From the NCBI GenBank assembly GCA_026396615.1, contig JAPLWK010000011.1, forward strand, positions 962-64,961: a DNA stretch of 64,000 nt, written 5' to 3'. Source of the DNA: a candidate division WWE3 bacterium (GTDB taxonomy: Bacteria > Patescibacteriota > WWE3 > JAPLWK01). A program made the translations under genes and the position numbers. Below, piece after piece: positions 47,517-56,442 of the stretch. Below the pieces are notes generated by a model that was not told where the DNA came from, did not search any database, and saw only the letters and a program-made list of their open reading frames with translations. Each line of letters opens with the position of its first letter. Position 1 is the stretch's first letter.

Positions 47517-48137
47517 TTAAAATAAACTTACCTGACTCTCATCTACCTTCTTCACATTCCCAGCCACTTTAATTGTGCTCTGATCCATATTTAAAATACC
47601 GGGAATCTTTAGGAAATCTTCTTTTAGGACCCGCTTTACATTTTCGCTCCGAAGCGCTGCGGCGGGATGGTAAAGAGGGAAAATAATAAAATTACCAACT
47701 TTCTTCGGAACGCCATGGTCCTTACTGATTTTAGAGTCCTTTAAAAAGTGCTCCAAGGCGAACTTGCCAAGAGGAATTACTAATTTCGGCTTGATAGCCC
47801 GCAGCTGATCATCTAAATATGGTGTGCAGGCCCTAATTTCATCAACCATCGGTTCCCGATTGTCGGGCGGCCGACATTTTACGATATTACCAATCCACAC
47901 ATCTTGTCGAGTTAAGCGAATGGTCTTCAGTAACTCTGACAAAAGCGCTCCGGACTGGCCCACGAACGGGCGCCCCTGTTCATCTTCATTCATACCTGGC
48001 CCCTCGCCAATAAATACAATTTGCGCTCTGGGATTACCCTCGCCGGGCACCGCGTTTTTACGGCCATGACAGAGTCGACATTTCTGGCATTTAGTCACCG
48101 TGGACGCAATTCTTTTTAGTAAGTCATCATTTCCCAT
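47517..48137 (-). CDS. Uracil-DNA glycosylase, family 4
   Basis: CQKCRL, IGEGPG, GRPFVG, KCRPPDNR, YHPAAALR. Confidence 0.93.
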   Translation of the reverse strand: MGNDDLLKRIASTVTKCQKCRLCHGRKNAVPGEGNPRAQIVFIGEGPGMNEDEQGRPFVGQSGALLSELLKTIRLTRQDVWIGNIVKCRPPDNREPMVDEIRACTPYLDDQLRAIKPKLVIPLGKFALEHFLKDSKISKDHGVPKKVGNFIIFPLYHPAAALRSENVKRVLKEDFLKIPGILNMDQSTIKVAGNVKKVDESQVSLF

Positions 48138-48146
48138 AAATCACAA

Positions 48147-48231
48147 GTCATTCCGGGCTTGACCCGGAATCCAGTAACTTGATCCGATTTATAATCGGTT
48201 GACTGGATTCCGGCTCCGGGGCCGGAATGAC
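48147..48231. repeat. Inverted pair of GTCATTCC-type REPs
   Basis: gtcattccgggcttgacccggaatccagt ... actggattccggctccggggccggaatgac. Confidence 0.88.
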
Positions 48232-48237
48232 AAGTTT

Positions 48238-49302
48238 CTAGTATCGTGGCATGAAATCTTTAATATTATTTGAGGTAATAGTTACCGCTGTCGCTTTGCC
48301 CTCTACGATTTGGAGGACAACTTTGCGACAGACAGCTTCAATAATTCTTTGCAAACTTCGGATTCCCGAATCATAACCCAAGGGGCGAATTAATTTCGGC
48401 CAAATCTCGTCACTAAAAGACAGCTGCTCACTTTTGAGTCCTGTCGCCTTCATCACTTTTGGCAGTAAATAATTTTTAATGATTACTTCCTTTTGAGAAT
48501 CGGTGTATGAAGGCATTTGAATAATTTCTAAGCGATCCATAAGCGCGGCCGAAAAAGTCCCAATATTATTAGCGCTACAAATAAACATCACATCTGACAG
48601 GTCCAAAGGATAATCAAGATAATGATCGCGAAACGAAGTATTCTGCTCAGGATCAAGTAGTTCGAGAAGGACAGCCATAAAGTCACTGCGTAGCCCTTGT
48701 TCGCCACTGACTTTATCCATTTCATCAAGCAGAATTAAGGGATTTCTGACTCCAGTCCGAATCAAAGCTTTAACAATTTGGCCCGGTTCCGGGTCCGGTA
48801 AACTTTTGCTTTTACCACGCAGTTCGGTCGTTGTGCCGAGGGCGCCCATAGAAATCCGGATAAATTTTTTGCCAAGGGCTTCGGCTACAGACCGCGCCAT
48901 AGTCGTCTTCCCAACGCCCTGCAACCCAACCAAACAAAGTACCGTGGCTTTTTCCATTGGTTTGTCAGCCTTCTGTTCAATTAACATTTTTTGGACGGCC
49001 AAATATTCTAAAACTCGCTGTTTCACATCGTCTAGTCCGTAATGATTTGCATCAAGCACTTTCTGCGCGTTAGCGATATTTAAATTATCTTTAGTGTAAT
49101 TTCCCCAGGGAATTGAAAGGACGGTTTCTATGTAAGTGCTTAAGGTATCAAACTCTGAAGAATAATTAGAGACATGCGAAAGGCGATTAAGTCGGTCCAG
49201 CATCTGAACCAAGCGTTCTTTTAGACCATCCGGGAGCCCCTTCGCGGCCGATACTTGGTCGTTTAGTTTTTTTAGTTCAATAAAGAGGAAATCTTCCGCC
49301 AC
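48238..49302 (-). CDS. Lon-type AAA+ ATPase module lacking the N-terminal and protease domains
   Basis: IPWG, HYGLDDVKQRVLEYLAV, GLQGVGKT, LLDEMDK, LELLDPEQN-F-DHY, DRLEII; ends before any Ser-Lys protease domain. Confidence 0.85.
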   Translation of the reverse strand: MAEDFLFIELKKLNDQVSAAKGLPDGLKERLVQMLDRLNRLSHVSNYSSEFDTLSTYIETVLSIPWGNYTKDNLNIANAQKVLDANHYGLDDVKQRVLEYLAVQKMLIEQKADKPMEKATVLCLVGLQGVGKTTMARSVAEALGKKFIRISMGALGTTTELRGKSKSLPDPEPGQIVKALIRTGVRNPLILLDEMDKVSGEQGLRSDFMAVLLELLDPEQNTSFRDHYLDYPLDLSDVMFICSANNIGTFSAALMDRLEIIQMPSYTDSQKEVIIKNYLLPKVMKATGLKSEQLSFSDEIWPKLIRPLGYDSGIRSLQRIIEAVCRKVVLQIVEGKATAVTITSNNIKDFMPRY

Positions 49303-49325
49303 GAACTTAGTTTAGCAGAATTAAG

Positions 49326-50648
49326 TTAGAGTTTAAGCAGTTTTTCAAGTGTTACAGTTTCTTGGCTGCGGGCAATCATATCTTTTACGGCGACCGTGCC
49401 GTCTTTTAGTTCCGTCTCACCAATAATGAGCGCTTTCCCGATCTGTTTCCGATCAGCGTATTTAAGTTGCTTCTCGAGTTTGTCGGATTTTCCAAGCCAA
49501 GTGACTACGTTTTTACCAGATTCTCGTAATTTAGTGGCCACTTCAAACGCTCTTTTTTGGTAACCGTCCGACTCGGAAGGCCAAACAGTGACTAAGAAGT
49601 CGATTGTATTCTCCATCTTTGGTAACAGATTCCAGTTCTTTAAAAATTCTAAAAAAGTGTAGTCACCAAGAGCAAAGCCGGTCGCAGGTAGTTCGTAATC
49701 GCCAAAGATATTTATTAGCCGATCGAAGCGTTCCCCGCCAAAAAGCGACCGCCGATTATTTGGGTTCTCATCGTAAACTTCATAAACAAAACCATCGCTA
49801 TAATCAAAGCCACGAATAATCGAGGGGTCAAAGCGGCAATATTCATAAAGTCCCGCGTCTTTGAGAAGACTGACTAGTTTCTGAATGGCTAAATATCCTT
49901 CGTTTTTATTAAGTAACTCATCGGAAATAATACTCGGTAAATCTTGAAACTTGGAACTTAGAAATTTGTTAACGGAATCGACTTGACCTTGTTTTAGACC
50001 CAAGTCAAGTAAGGCAGCATCGAAATCCTCCTGAGATAACTTACCCTTCTTGTCCATCAACCTTCTTACTTTTGTTTGCAATTCTTCTGACAATCCCAAG
50101 ACGTTCCCTAACAGTTCAGCGACTAATCTTCGATCGCTAAACCGCACGCTAAATTGCTCTTGTTTAGCCCCAAAAGCTTTAAGTAAAGAAATGATTAAAG
50201 AGAAAATTTCAAAGTCGGCCGTAGCTCCCGCTTCGCCAAAAATGTTAGCTTCGAGTTGGTAAAATTCGCGCCCCCGGCCTAGCTGTGGCTTCTCAAAGCG
50301 CCAATTATTGCCGATCATAAACCAGCGCACAGGCTTTGGCAGTTCCTCAAACTTCTGAGCAATCATTCGGACTGTTCCCGGAGTCAGTTCTGGTCGAACG
50401 GCCAGTTTGCGGCCACCTCGGTCTTCAAATGAGAACAGTTGGTCGTTGACGATTTCCGATCCAGACTTAGCCGCAAAAATTTCTAGAGGCTCAATGATCG
50501 GAAAATCATATTCTTCAAAACCAAACGATAAGCACACCTGTTTCCAAGTGTTAAAAATATAATTCCGGATTTTCATATCCTCCGGATAAAAATCCCTCGC
50601 CCCTTTATAAGGCTGGGTGCTTAGTTTTTCGGCTTTTATTTTTTCCAT
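49326..50648 (-). CDS. hisS: Histidyl-tRNA synthetase
   Basis: KGARDF, RPELT, WRFEKPQLGRGREFYQ, RGFDY, KQLKYAD. Confidence 0.96.
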   Translation of the reverse strand: MEKIKAEKLSTQPYKGARDFYPEDMKIRNYIFNTWKQVCLSFGFEEYDFPIIEPLEIFAAKSGSEIVNDQLFSFEDRGGRKLAVRPELTPGTVRMIAQKFEELPKPVRWFMIGNNWRFEKPQLGRGREFYQLEANIFGEAGATADFEIFSLIISLLKAFGAKQEQFSVRFSDRRLVAELLGNVLGLSEELQTKVRRLMDKKGKLSQEDFDAALLDLGLKQGQVDSVNKFLSSKFQDLPSIISDELLNKNEGYLAIQKLVSLLKDAGLYEYCRFDPSIIRGFDYSDGFVYEVYDENPNNRRSLFGGERFDRLINIFGDYELPATGFALGDYTFLEFLKNWNLLPKMENTIDFLVTVWPSESDGYQKRAFEVATKLRESGKNVVTWLGKSDKLEKQLKYADRKQIGKALIIGETELKDGTVAVKDMIARSQETVTLEKLLKL

Positions 50649-50726
50649 CCCCGTGATTATAGTTTAAAAAGGGTAACAAATGTAGTGACCAAGTTGTTAT
50701 TGGATATAACAACGGTAAATTAAAAG

Positions 50727-51059
50727 TTAATAAGTAATAGTTGCAGTACTTTTGAGTTCACCATCTATATACAGTTTTAACTCTTTATTCCCAACGCTCC
50801 AAGTAAAAGCAATCATATGCTTTTTAGATTTATCAAGAGTGGATACGTCACATTCAACGTCAGTTCTGCCTTTCCCGATGTAAACGTGAAATACCTTAAT
50901 CTTTCTATCAACGTCCTTGATAATTAAAATGGATCCACCCAAAGGATTAACCTGAAGCAATTGGATGGCCTCATTGCTTTGGAAGTCGACTTTGTTCTCG
51001 CTTATCCAGAACTCAATTGTTCCTTCTAATATGCTACTTTGGTTTAGGTTATTTCCCAT
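50727..51059 (-). CDS. Small LamG/concanavalin-like beta-sandwich protein
   Basis: GTIEFWI...HMIAFTW...LKLYIDG pattern; SD GGAGG. Confidence 0.55.
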   Translation of the reverse strand: MGNNLNQSSILEGTIEFWISENKVDFQSNEAIQLLQVNPLGGSILIIKDVDRKIKVFHVYIGKGRTDVECDVSTLDKSKKHMIAFTWSVGNKELKLYIDGELKSTATITY

Positions 51060-51258
51060 GTATTACCTCCATACTATTATTCATATATAGATTTTCTATT
51101 ATACCTTCATTTTTCACAGTTTGCTGCTGTTTTATTGAAGAGATTAGTTTATAAATTGCTTTAGTACCACTTTTTAATTCACGTATAACCATGAATATTG
51201 AAAAAGGAAAACCAAGTATAGTAACAATATTCGCTAAAACCGAGATTTGCTCAGCCAT
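51049..51258 (-). CDS. Small single-TM hypothetical protein
   Basis: ANIVTILGFPFSIF helix; overlaps the next gene by 11 bp. Confidence 0.5.
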   Translation of the reverse strand: MAEQISVLANIVTILGFPFSIFMVIRELKSGTKAIYKLISSIKQQQTVKNEGIIENLYMNNSMEVIHGK

Positions 51259-51323
51259 ATTGATAATAAATTATGATCAAATCCTGAGGACATTATAATA
51301 CAAAAACTTTGGGAAGATCGTTT

Positions 51324-51680
51324 TTAGTTAGGAAATATTTCGTCCAGACAATTAACTGCATATTTTTGTCCAAAATAAAGATTTGCTGTGATTGTAGCAT
51401 CACTACCTTTTAAATTCTGTTCGTAGCTAAGTGAGCTTAAACTATCTGCTGGTACTTTAACGTCTCCAAGATTTGAAAGTTCTTCTAGACTACTTGGGAA
51501 CTTGCCAGTTTTAAGTTGAAATAAATTGCAGGATAAAGCAAGGCGTTGTGTAAGACTCCTCAAGTTAGTATTGTGTGTTATTATCGTGCTATACAAAGTA
51601 CGCCCAACGAAAGCAAATGTTGTAACTAGGATTACTAGTGAAATTGCTATCTTCTTTTTCCTAACATCAGTCATAAGCAA
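51324..51680 (-). CDS. Pilin/GspG-like small protein
   Basis: Basic N-terminus, TM helix, then LFQLKTGKFPSSLEEL resembling the GspG/pilin GxYPxxLxxL motif. Confidence 0.45.
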   Translation of the reverse strand: MLMTDVRKKKIAISLVILVTTFAFVGRTLYSTIITHNTNLRSLTQRLALSCNLFQLKTGKFPSSLEELSNLGDVKVPADSLSSLSYEQNLKGSDATITANLYFGQKYAVNCLDEIFPN

Positions 51681-51746
51681 TTAATAGTAAACAGCACAAG
51701 CTATCAGTTGTCAAAGATAAAGGATTAGCCACAATTAGCCATTAAT

Positions 51747-51791
51747 TACTCTTTCGTCCCAACGTTAAAAATCGCCCGCCAGGGTTGGTAG
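51747..51791. repeat. Direct repeat copy 1 (45 bp) of the vanW 3' end
   Basis: tactctttcgtcccaacgttaaaaatcgcccgccagggttggtag; 2 mismatches against 52630-52674. Confidence 0.9.
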
Positions 51792-52613
51792 AGGTGACTT
51801 AAAATTTTCTCTGGAAATTATTTTACGACCGGTTTTTTGTTCCAACTCTTTCCGAGCATTTTTGGCTACTCGCCCTCCCCGTACCGCCGGAATTTTATTT
51901 TCTGTAAAACCACTAGCCCCAACGGTCTCCGCTATTTGACGGGTCGAAAGTTCTGCCAGCGCGGTAAAGATTAACTCCGCCTCCGTCATATGATCCCTTA
52001 GGTTTTCCGTTTTCAAGTTTTTTAAGTTTTTATGCTGCTTTACAGTTAGATCCGACCATTCATGATGAATAATATTTGTTAAAACGGCGTATTCATTTTG
52101 CTCTTTCACATCATGCGATTTCCAATAATCTGTTAATTTATTTCTGGTTTCCTGGCCTGTCATCCTCTGTTGAATCCATTTCTCACTCCGACCGTACTTT
52201 TTCCAGTTTTCACGAGCGCGGTTTAGGGACCTCTCCGGATCAGCACTTTCCTGGATTCTTTCGTAACCAACTTTAGCCAACCATAGCTTAATAGGCTCAG
52301 CCTTGGGACTGGGGACTGATTGGATTAGTCTTAGCAATGTTTCGACGTCCGCAACGTCTGTCATGCGCATTTTTCCGTCTTCCGCTGGTAATTTCAACCG
52401 GTTACATTTTGTAACCACTTCACTACCCTCAGCTAATAGTCGGCTTTTTAAGACCTTCCAATAGTTCCTCGCCGCTTGGAAATGAGGTTGTAAAGTTAAA
52501 GCTCGGACGATGTCGATAACAGAAAAATACCAGGTTTCAGAACCCTCATCGAAGTGGCGACGGATCTTGTAGCCATCGAAAATAGCCAATGTATCTACAG
52601 AGTCCTTGACCAT
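51765..52613 (-). CDS. Bro-N domain protein (phage antirepressor-like)
   Basis: WYFSVIDIV, YWKVLKSRL, LPAEDGKMRMTD, IQSVPSPKAEPIKLWLA, NLRDHMT; ATG 6 nt after TATACT. Confidence 0.85.
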   Translation of the reverse strand: MVKDSVDTLAIFDGYKIRRHFDEGSETWYFSVIDIVRALTLQPHFQAARNYWKVLKSRLLAEGSEVVTKCNRLKLPAEDGKMRMTDVADVETLLRLIQSVPSPKAEPIKLWLAKVGYERIQESADPERSLNRARENWKKYGRSEKWIQQRMTGQETRNKLTDYWKSHDVKEQNEYAVLTNIIHHEWSDLTVKQHKNLKNLKTENLRDHMTEAELIFTALAELSTRQIAETVGASGFTENKIPAVRGGRVAKNARKELEQKTGRKIISRENFKSPLPTLAGDF

Positions 52614-52628
52614 ATACAAAGTATACTA

Positions 52629-54350
52629 CTACTCTTTCGTCCCGACGTTAAAAATTGCCCGCCAGGGTTGGTAGTGACTCACAAAAGTATCGTCTTGGAG
52701 GACGGAACCCGCGCGAGTAACTTTGCGGTAAAAGGTGACATCGGCGCCCGAGGCGCTAAAGTCAGTTTGTAAAGTCGTCCCTTTTGGTAAAGTCGGATCG
52801 TCTTGATATAAAGTGGCCGGAGCCGGTTGATTATTGGTGACGACAGGACCGTTCATAGCAACCAAGCGACCGTCTGAAGTTCCAAAAATCTGGAAACCCA
52901 AAAAGTTTTTATTAATGTCAATTTCTCGCTGAATTAAAATGTAGTTCGGCGTGTCATTCCTAAAGACTAGATCGACGCCTGGATTGTAGACCGTCGCATC
53001 TAGTCCTACAGGCGGTTCGTAATAGTGAACACGATACGCGTGAGCCGTGCGACTAATGATTGGAAGCCCGGCATTTAAAGCCGCCCGAAAAAGAGTCGTC
53101 GATACTTGGCAAAGACCGCCCCCAGTACCGAGTATCGTCCGACCGTCAGAGATAATATAAGCTTCGTCATAGCCGGTCGCCGCGCTCACCTCACCGACCA
53201 GATTATTAAACGAGATTTCGGTGTTCGGCGGAATTAAAGCCCCACTGATCCGACCAGAGGCGACGTCAATATTATGAATTCTCCCCGGGATACTGCCATA
53301 AAAATTTGAAGTCCCCTCTCCAATTAATTCGTTGATACCATATTCATTGCCGCTTTTGGGGGCTGGCGTAGTGTTGACGACCAGAGCGACAGACTTCGGC
53401 GTTGTCGTCAACTCTAAGGCTTGCGCAATTGCCGCCGCCGATTCTGTCACTTTTAACTCGTAACCCGGCTGAGAGGGTTTAAAGTCAACTACTTTATTAT
53501 TATCTGTTTTAAAGACTTCGCCCCGACTATCAGCGTTAAGGTCTGCGGCAATTGTCGTTAAGTAATCAGTGATAACAGTGGTATTAGCGGAGACGGTGAC
53601 ATTACCTGGTGACTTGGTAAAAGTTAGAAAGTGCAACAATTGACCCGGCGTTAAAGACCAACTTTTATTATTGAAAGTAACTTTAGTTAGTGTTGTAACT
53701 TTAGTCGACACAGCATCGTTAATCGCTTGCAGGTCAGCTTGGTAAATCTGGGGCTTTGATGCAATTAGAGGCAAAGTGATATCTGAATAATCAAACTTGG
53801 ACCATTTACTTAATAGCTGGGATTTGACGGAGTCTTCAGAGATAATCCAACCGCTATTTTCGGAAGTAATAGTAAATGTCCCGGAGTCAAAACTAAAGCT
53901 GGCGTCGTGAGCCGGTTTAGCTAATTGCAACGATACATTAGTAATTATTTTCGACAATTTCTCACTATTATATGAATAGATAGGTTTAATAATTCGTAAA
54001 TGCCTAGCCACTTGCCATTTAGTAATTAACTCAGATATAAAATCACCACTACGACCAACGTTGTAAGCCATTTCGGCAGTCTTCAGAGCGTTATATGTAA
54101 AGTCTATGTCGGCCGCGGTTACCGGAAAATTCTTGTCGCCGAAAGTTAAAGCTGAGCTTGGGGAAGCGGTATCATAAGTGCGATTGATAATATCTAAACT
54201 TTGAGCTACGGACTTACCACCAAGATTTGTTTGGCCAAAATAGACTCCTGGTATAATTTTTCCAGCGTAATAAAAATTAAAGATAGCGTAGGCTATAAAC
54301 GGAGTGGTTAAAAGAAAGCCGAGGAATATAAATCCGAATCGACGGATCAC
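52629..54350 (-). CDS. VanW-family protein with PG-binding (YoaR-like) domains and a G5-like C-terminus
   Basis: RIHNI, SFNNLVG, GGGLCQVSTTLFRA, GLDATV, DLVFRNDT; GTG 54350 overlaps the hypC stop (GTGA). Confidence 0.88.
   Translation of the reverse strand: MIRRFGFIFLGFLLTTPFIAYAIFNFYYAGKIIPGVYFGQTNLGGKSVAQSLDIINRTYDTASPSSALTFGDKNFPVTAADIDFTYNALKTAEMAYNVGRSGDFISELITKWQVARHLRIIKPIYSYNSEKLSKIITNVSLQLAKPAHDASFSFDSGTFTITSENSGWIISEDSVKSQLLSKWSKFDYSDITLPLIASKPQIYQADLQAINDAVSTKVTTLTKVTFNNKSWSLTPGQLLHFLTFTKSPGNVTVSANTTVITDYLTTIAADLNADSRGEVFKTDNNKVVDFKPSQPGYELKVTESAAAIAQALELTTTPKSVALVVNTTPAPKSGNEYGINELIGEGTSNFYGSIPGRIHNIDVASGRISGALIPPNTEISFNNLVGEVSAATGYDEAYIISDGRTILGTGGGLCQVSTTLFRAALNAGLPIISRTAHAYRVHYYEPPVGLDATVYNPGVDLVFRNDTPNYILIQREIDINKNFLGFQIFGTSDGRLVAMNGPVVTNNQPAPATLYQDDPTLPKGTTLQTDFSASGADVTFYRKVTRAGSVLQDDTFVSHYQPWRAIFNVGTKE
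52630..52674. repeat. Direct repeat copy 2 (45 bp), the functional vanW 3' end
   Basis: tactctttcgtcccgacgttaaaaattgcccgccagggttggtag. Confidence 0.9.
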
Positions 54351-54553
54351 GTCCGCACCTCCCAAGCAGAACGGGCAATCGCCGCATCCTTTGCCGTCAA
54401 GATTTTAACAACCACCCCCATCTGTACCATTACAAAATCTCCAACTTTAACATCTTCTCCACCAGCTAGGGCGTCGCGCGTTTGACCCGGATAGGCGACC
54501 GTCACCCGCTGGCCTTCAACATTTAGAATCTTCCCAGGAATTGCAAGGCACAT
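54347..54553 (-). CDS. hypC: HypC/HupF hydrogenase maturation chaperone
   Basis: N-terminal MCLAIPG, VKVGDFVMV; Gln where the usual motif has His (VQMG for VHVG). Confidence 0.85.
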   Translation of the reverse strand: MCLAIPGKILNVEGQRVTVAYPGQTRDALAGGEDVKVGDFVMVQMGVVVKILTAKDAAIARSAWEVRT

Positions 54554-54576
54554 ATTCTGCTATCATTATAGATGTT

Positions 54577-55086
54577 ATGGACCAGACAGTCACGAGTATC
54601 TTAAGTAAGAAGTTGGTGGTTGGTTGGTTCTCGTTCACTTGCTCCGAGGATAGCACGATACTCTTGACGGAAATGCTTAACACTCATTTTGATGATTGGG
54701 TTAAATTAGTTGAGTTTAAACATTTTAAAACTCTAAAATCCGACAATGATTTATCAAATCTGGACGTGGCTTTTATCGAAGGGGCAATTTCATCCGATTC
54801 CCAAGCCGTGGACGTTAAAAAGATTCGAGAGAATGCTAAATACGTGGTGGCCATTGGCGCTTGCGCTTGTACAGGGATGCCATCGAGTTCCCGGAATGCT
54901 TTTGGGGACAAAGAAATGACCGGAAAAATAGGAGACTATTTTAAACGTTTTGATTACAGTGCTAAAGTGCAAAAGTTAGAAGATGTTATTAAAGTAGACG
55001 ATAAAGTCGATGGCTGCCCAATGAATGCCGCCAAATTTACTGAAGTTTTGAGTAAATACCTAACATTATTTAAGATAAATAATTAA
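54577..55086 (+). CDS. [NiFe]-hydrogenase small subunit, group 3b-like, N-terminal domain only
   Basis: FTCSEDS, FIEGAI, AIGACACTG, DGCP; only ~169 aa with no distal Fe-S domain. Confidence 0.8.
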   Translation: MDQTVTSILSKKLVVGWFSFTCSEDSTILLTEMLNTHFDDWVKLVEFKHFKTLKSDNDLSNLDVAFIEGAISSDSQAVDVKKIRENAKYVVAIGACACTGMPSSSRNAFGDKEMTGKIGDYFKRFDYSAKVQKLEDVIKVDDKVDGCPMNAAKFTEVLSKYLTLFKINN

Positions 55087-55140
55087 CGCTCTCTTCGTTC
55101 GCTACCAATTTATCGAGGCGAAAATTGTAAAAATTACGAT

Positions 55141-56442
55141 ATGCATCAAGAAGAAATCACGATTGAAAATATCACAAAGATTGAGGGCACTGCGGGCCTG
55201 AATGTAACTGTCACTGACGGCAAAGTTACGGATCTTAAATTTATAATTAAAGATTACCGTCGTTTTTATACCGAAGCCGTAAAGGGTAAACCAATTGTGG
55301 CCGCCCCGGCGTTTCTATCGCGAATTTGTGGCACTTGTTCCGTGGCCCATACTTTTGCCGCCATTAAAGCTCTAGAAAAATCACAGGGTATTGAAGTTTC
55401 GGAGCAAACAAAGCTCCTGCGACGTCTCGCTTACGACGGTCTGATGATTAGAGACCATGCCCTTCACCTTTACTTTTTCGTTCTACCAGACGTTCTTGGC
55501 ATCGATTCAATTTTGGACATCTCCGACGATCACGATGACCCGGCCCACACTCTTCTTCACGATTCTTTCGATATAAAAAAATTGGGATCAGATATTACAG
55601 ACGCCATAATTGGCGCCGCTATTCATGCTCCCTACCCTACCGTTGGTGGCTTCCTTAAACTTCCGGACCAATCCAAGTTCGCGGATCTGATCACCCGTTT
55701 GGAAAGAATTCGACCCCAAGTCATCCGTGGTATTAAAACCTTCGCGGAGTACCCTGCGACTCTCACCCGCAACTCCGACTACCTAGCTCTTCGAAATGAC
55801 AAGCAGTACGATTTTCTAAACGGCGAAATCATTAACTCTAGCGGTAAGAAAGTCCCAGAAAAGCAGTTTCACGATTTTCTAAAATCGGTAGTTATTCCCT
55901 ATTCTCAAGCCGAGGGCTACGTCTTTTCCGACAGTCATGAAGATTATTTAGTGGGGTCCTTAGCCCGAATAAATTTCAATAAAGATTTACTGAATCCACT
56001 AGTGAAAGCGGAAGCTAATGAATACTTAGGACTCTTCCCCTCAAATAATATTTACCATAATAATTTAGCTCAAGCGATTGAAATTTTACAATGTGTGGAA
56101 GACGCCTTAAGTATTCTGAAGACTTTAAAAATAGTTGATGAAAAACCGATCCGAAAACCGCCTCAAGCCGGTATTGGTGTGGGTGTCGTTGAGGCCCCTC
56201 GCGGCACGCTCTACCACATGGCTAAAGTGAACGGCTCTGGAATAATTGAAGATTATGATGTTATAGTTCCCACAGCCCAAAATCAAATAAATATCGAAAA
56301 TGATTTAAAGAAATATTTTAACGAGAATTTAAGTAAAGATCGTAAAATTTTAAAATTAGAAGCCGAAAAAATTATTCGAGCCTATGACCCATGCATGTCT
56401 TGTGCCACTAACTTTTTAAAAATCGAATGGACCGACGAGTAA
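55141..56442 (+). CDS. [NiFe]-hydrogenase large subunit, group 3b-related
   Basis: KIEG, L1 SRICGTC, VGSLAR, EAPRGTLYH, VPTAQN, L2 DPCMSCATN plus a short C-terminal extension. Confidence 0.9.
   Translation: MHQEEITIENITKIEGTAGLNVTVTDGKVTDLKFIIKDYRRFYTEAVKGKPIVAAPAFLSRICGTCSVAHTFAAIKALEKSQGIEVSEQTKLLRRLAYDGLMIRDHALHLYFFVLPDVLGIDSILDISDDHDDPAHTLLHDSFDIKKLGSDITDAIIGAAIHAPYPTVGGFLKLPDQSKFADLITRLERIRPQVIRGIKTFAEYPATLTRNSDYLALRNDKQYDFLNGEIINSSGKKVPEKQFHDFLKSVVIPYSQAEGYVFSDSHEDYLVGSLARINFNKDLLNPLVKAEANEYLGLFPSNNIYHNNLAQAIEILQCVEDALSILKTLKIVDEKPIRKPPQAGIGVGVVEAPRGTLYHMAKVNGSGIIEDYDVIVPTAQNQINIENDLKKYFNENLSKDRKILKLEAEKIIRAYDPCMSCATNFLKIEWTDE

Noticed and set aside
12711-48231. 29-bp palindromic repeat as a CRISPR array
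   Set aside because: Copies are dispersed singly or as inverted pairs, with no regular repeat-spacer period and no cas genes.
51765-52613. Bro-N gene as a prophage
   Set aside because: No integrase, structural or replication genes; it is a single-gene insertion.
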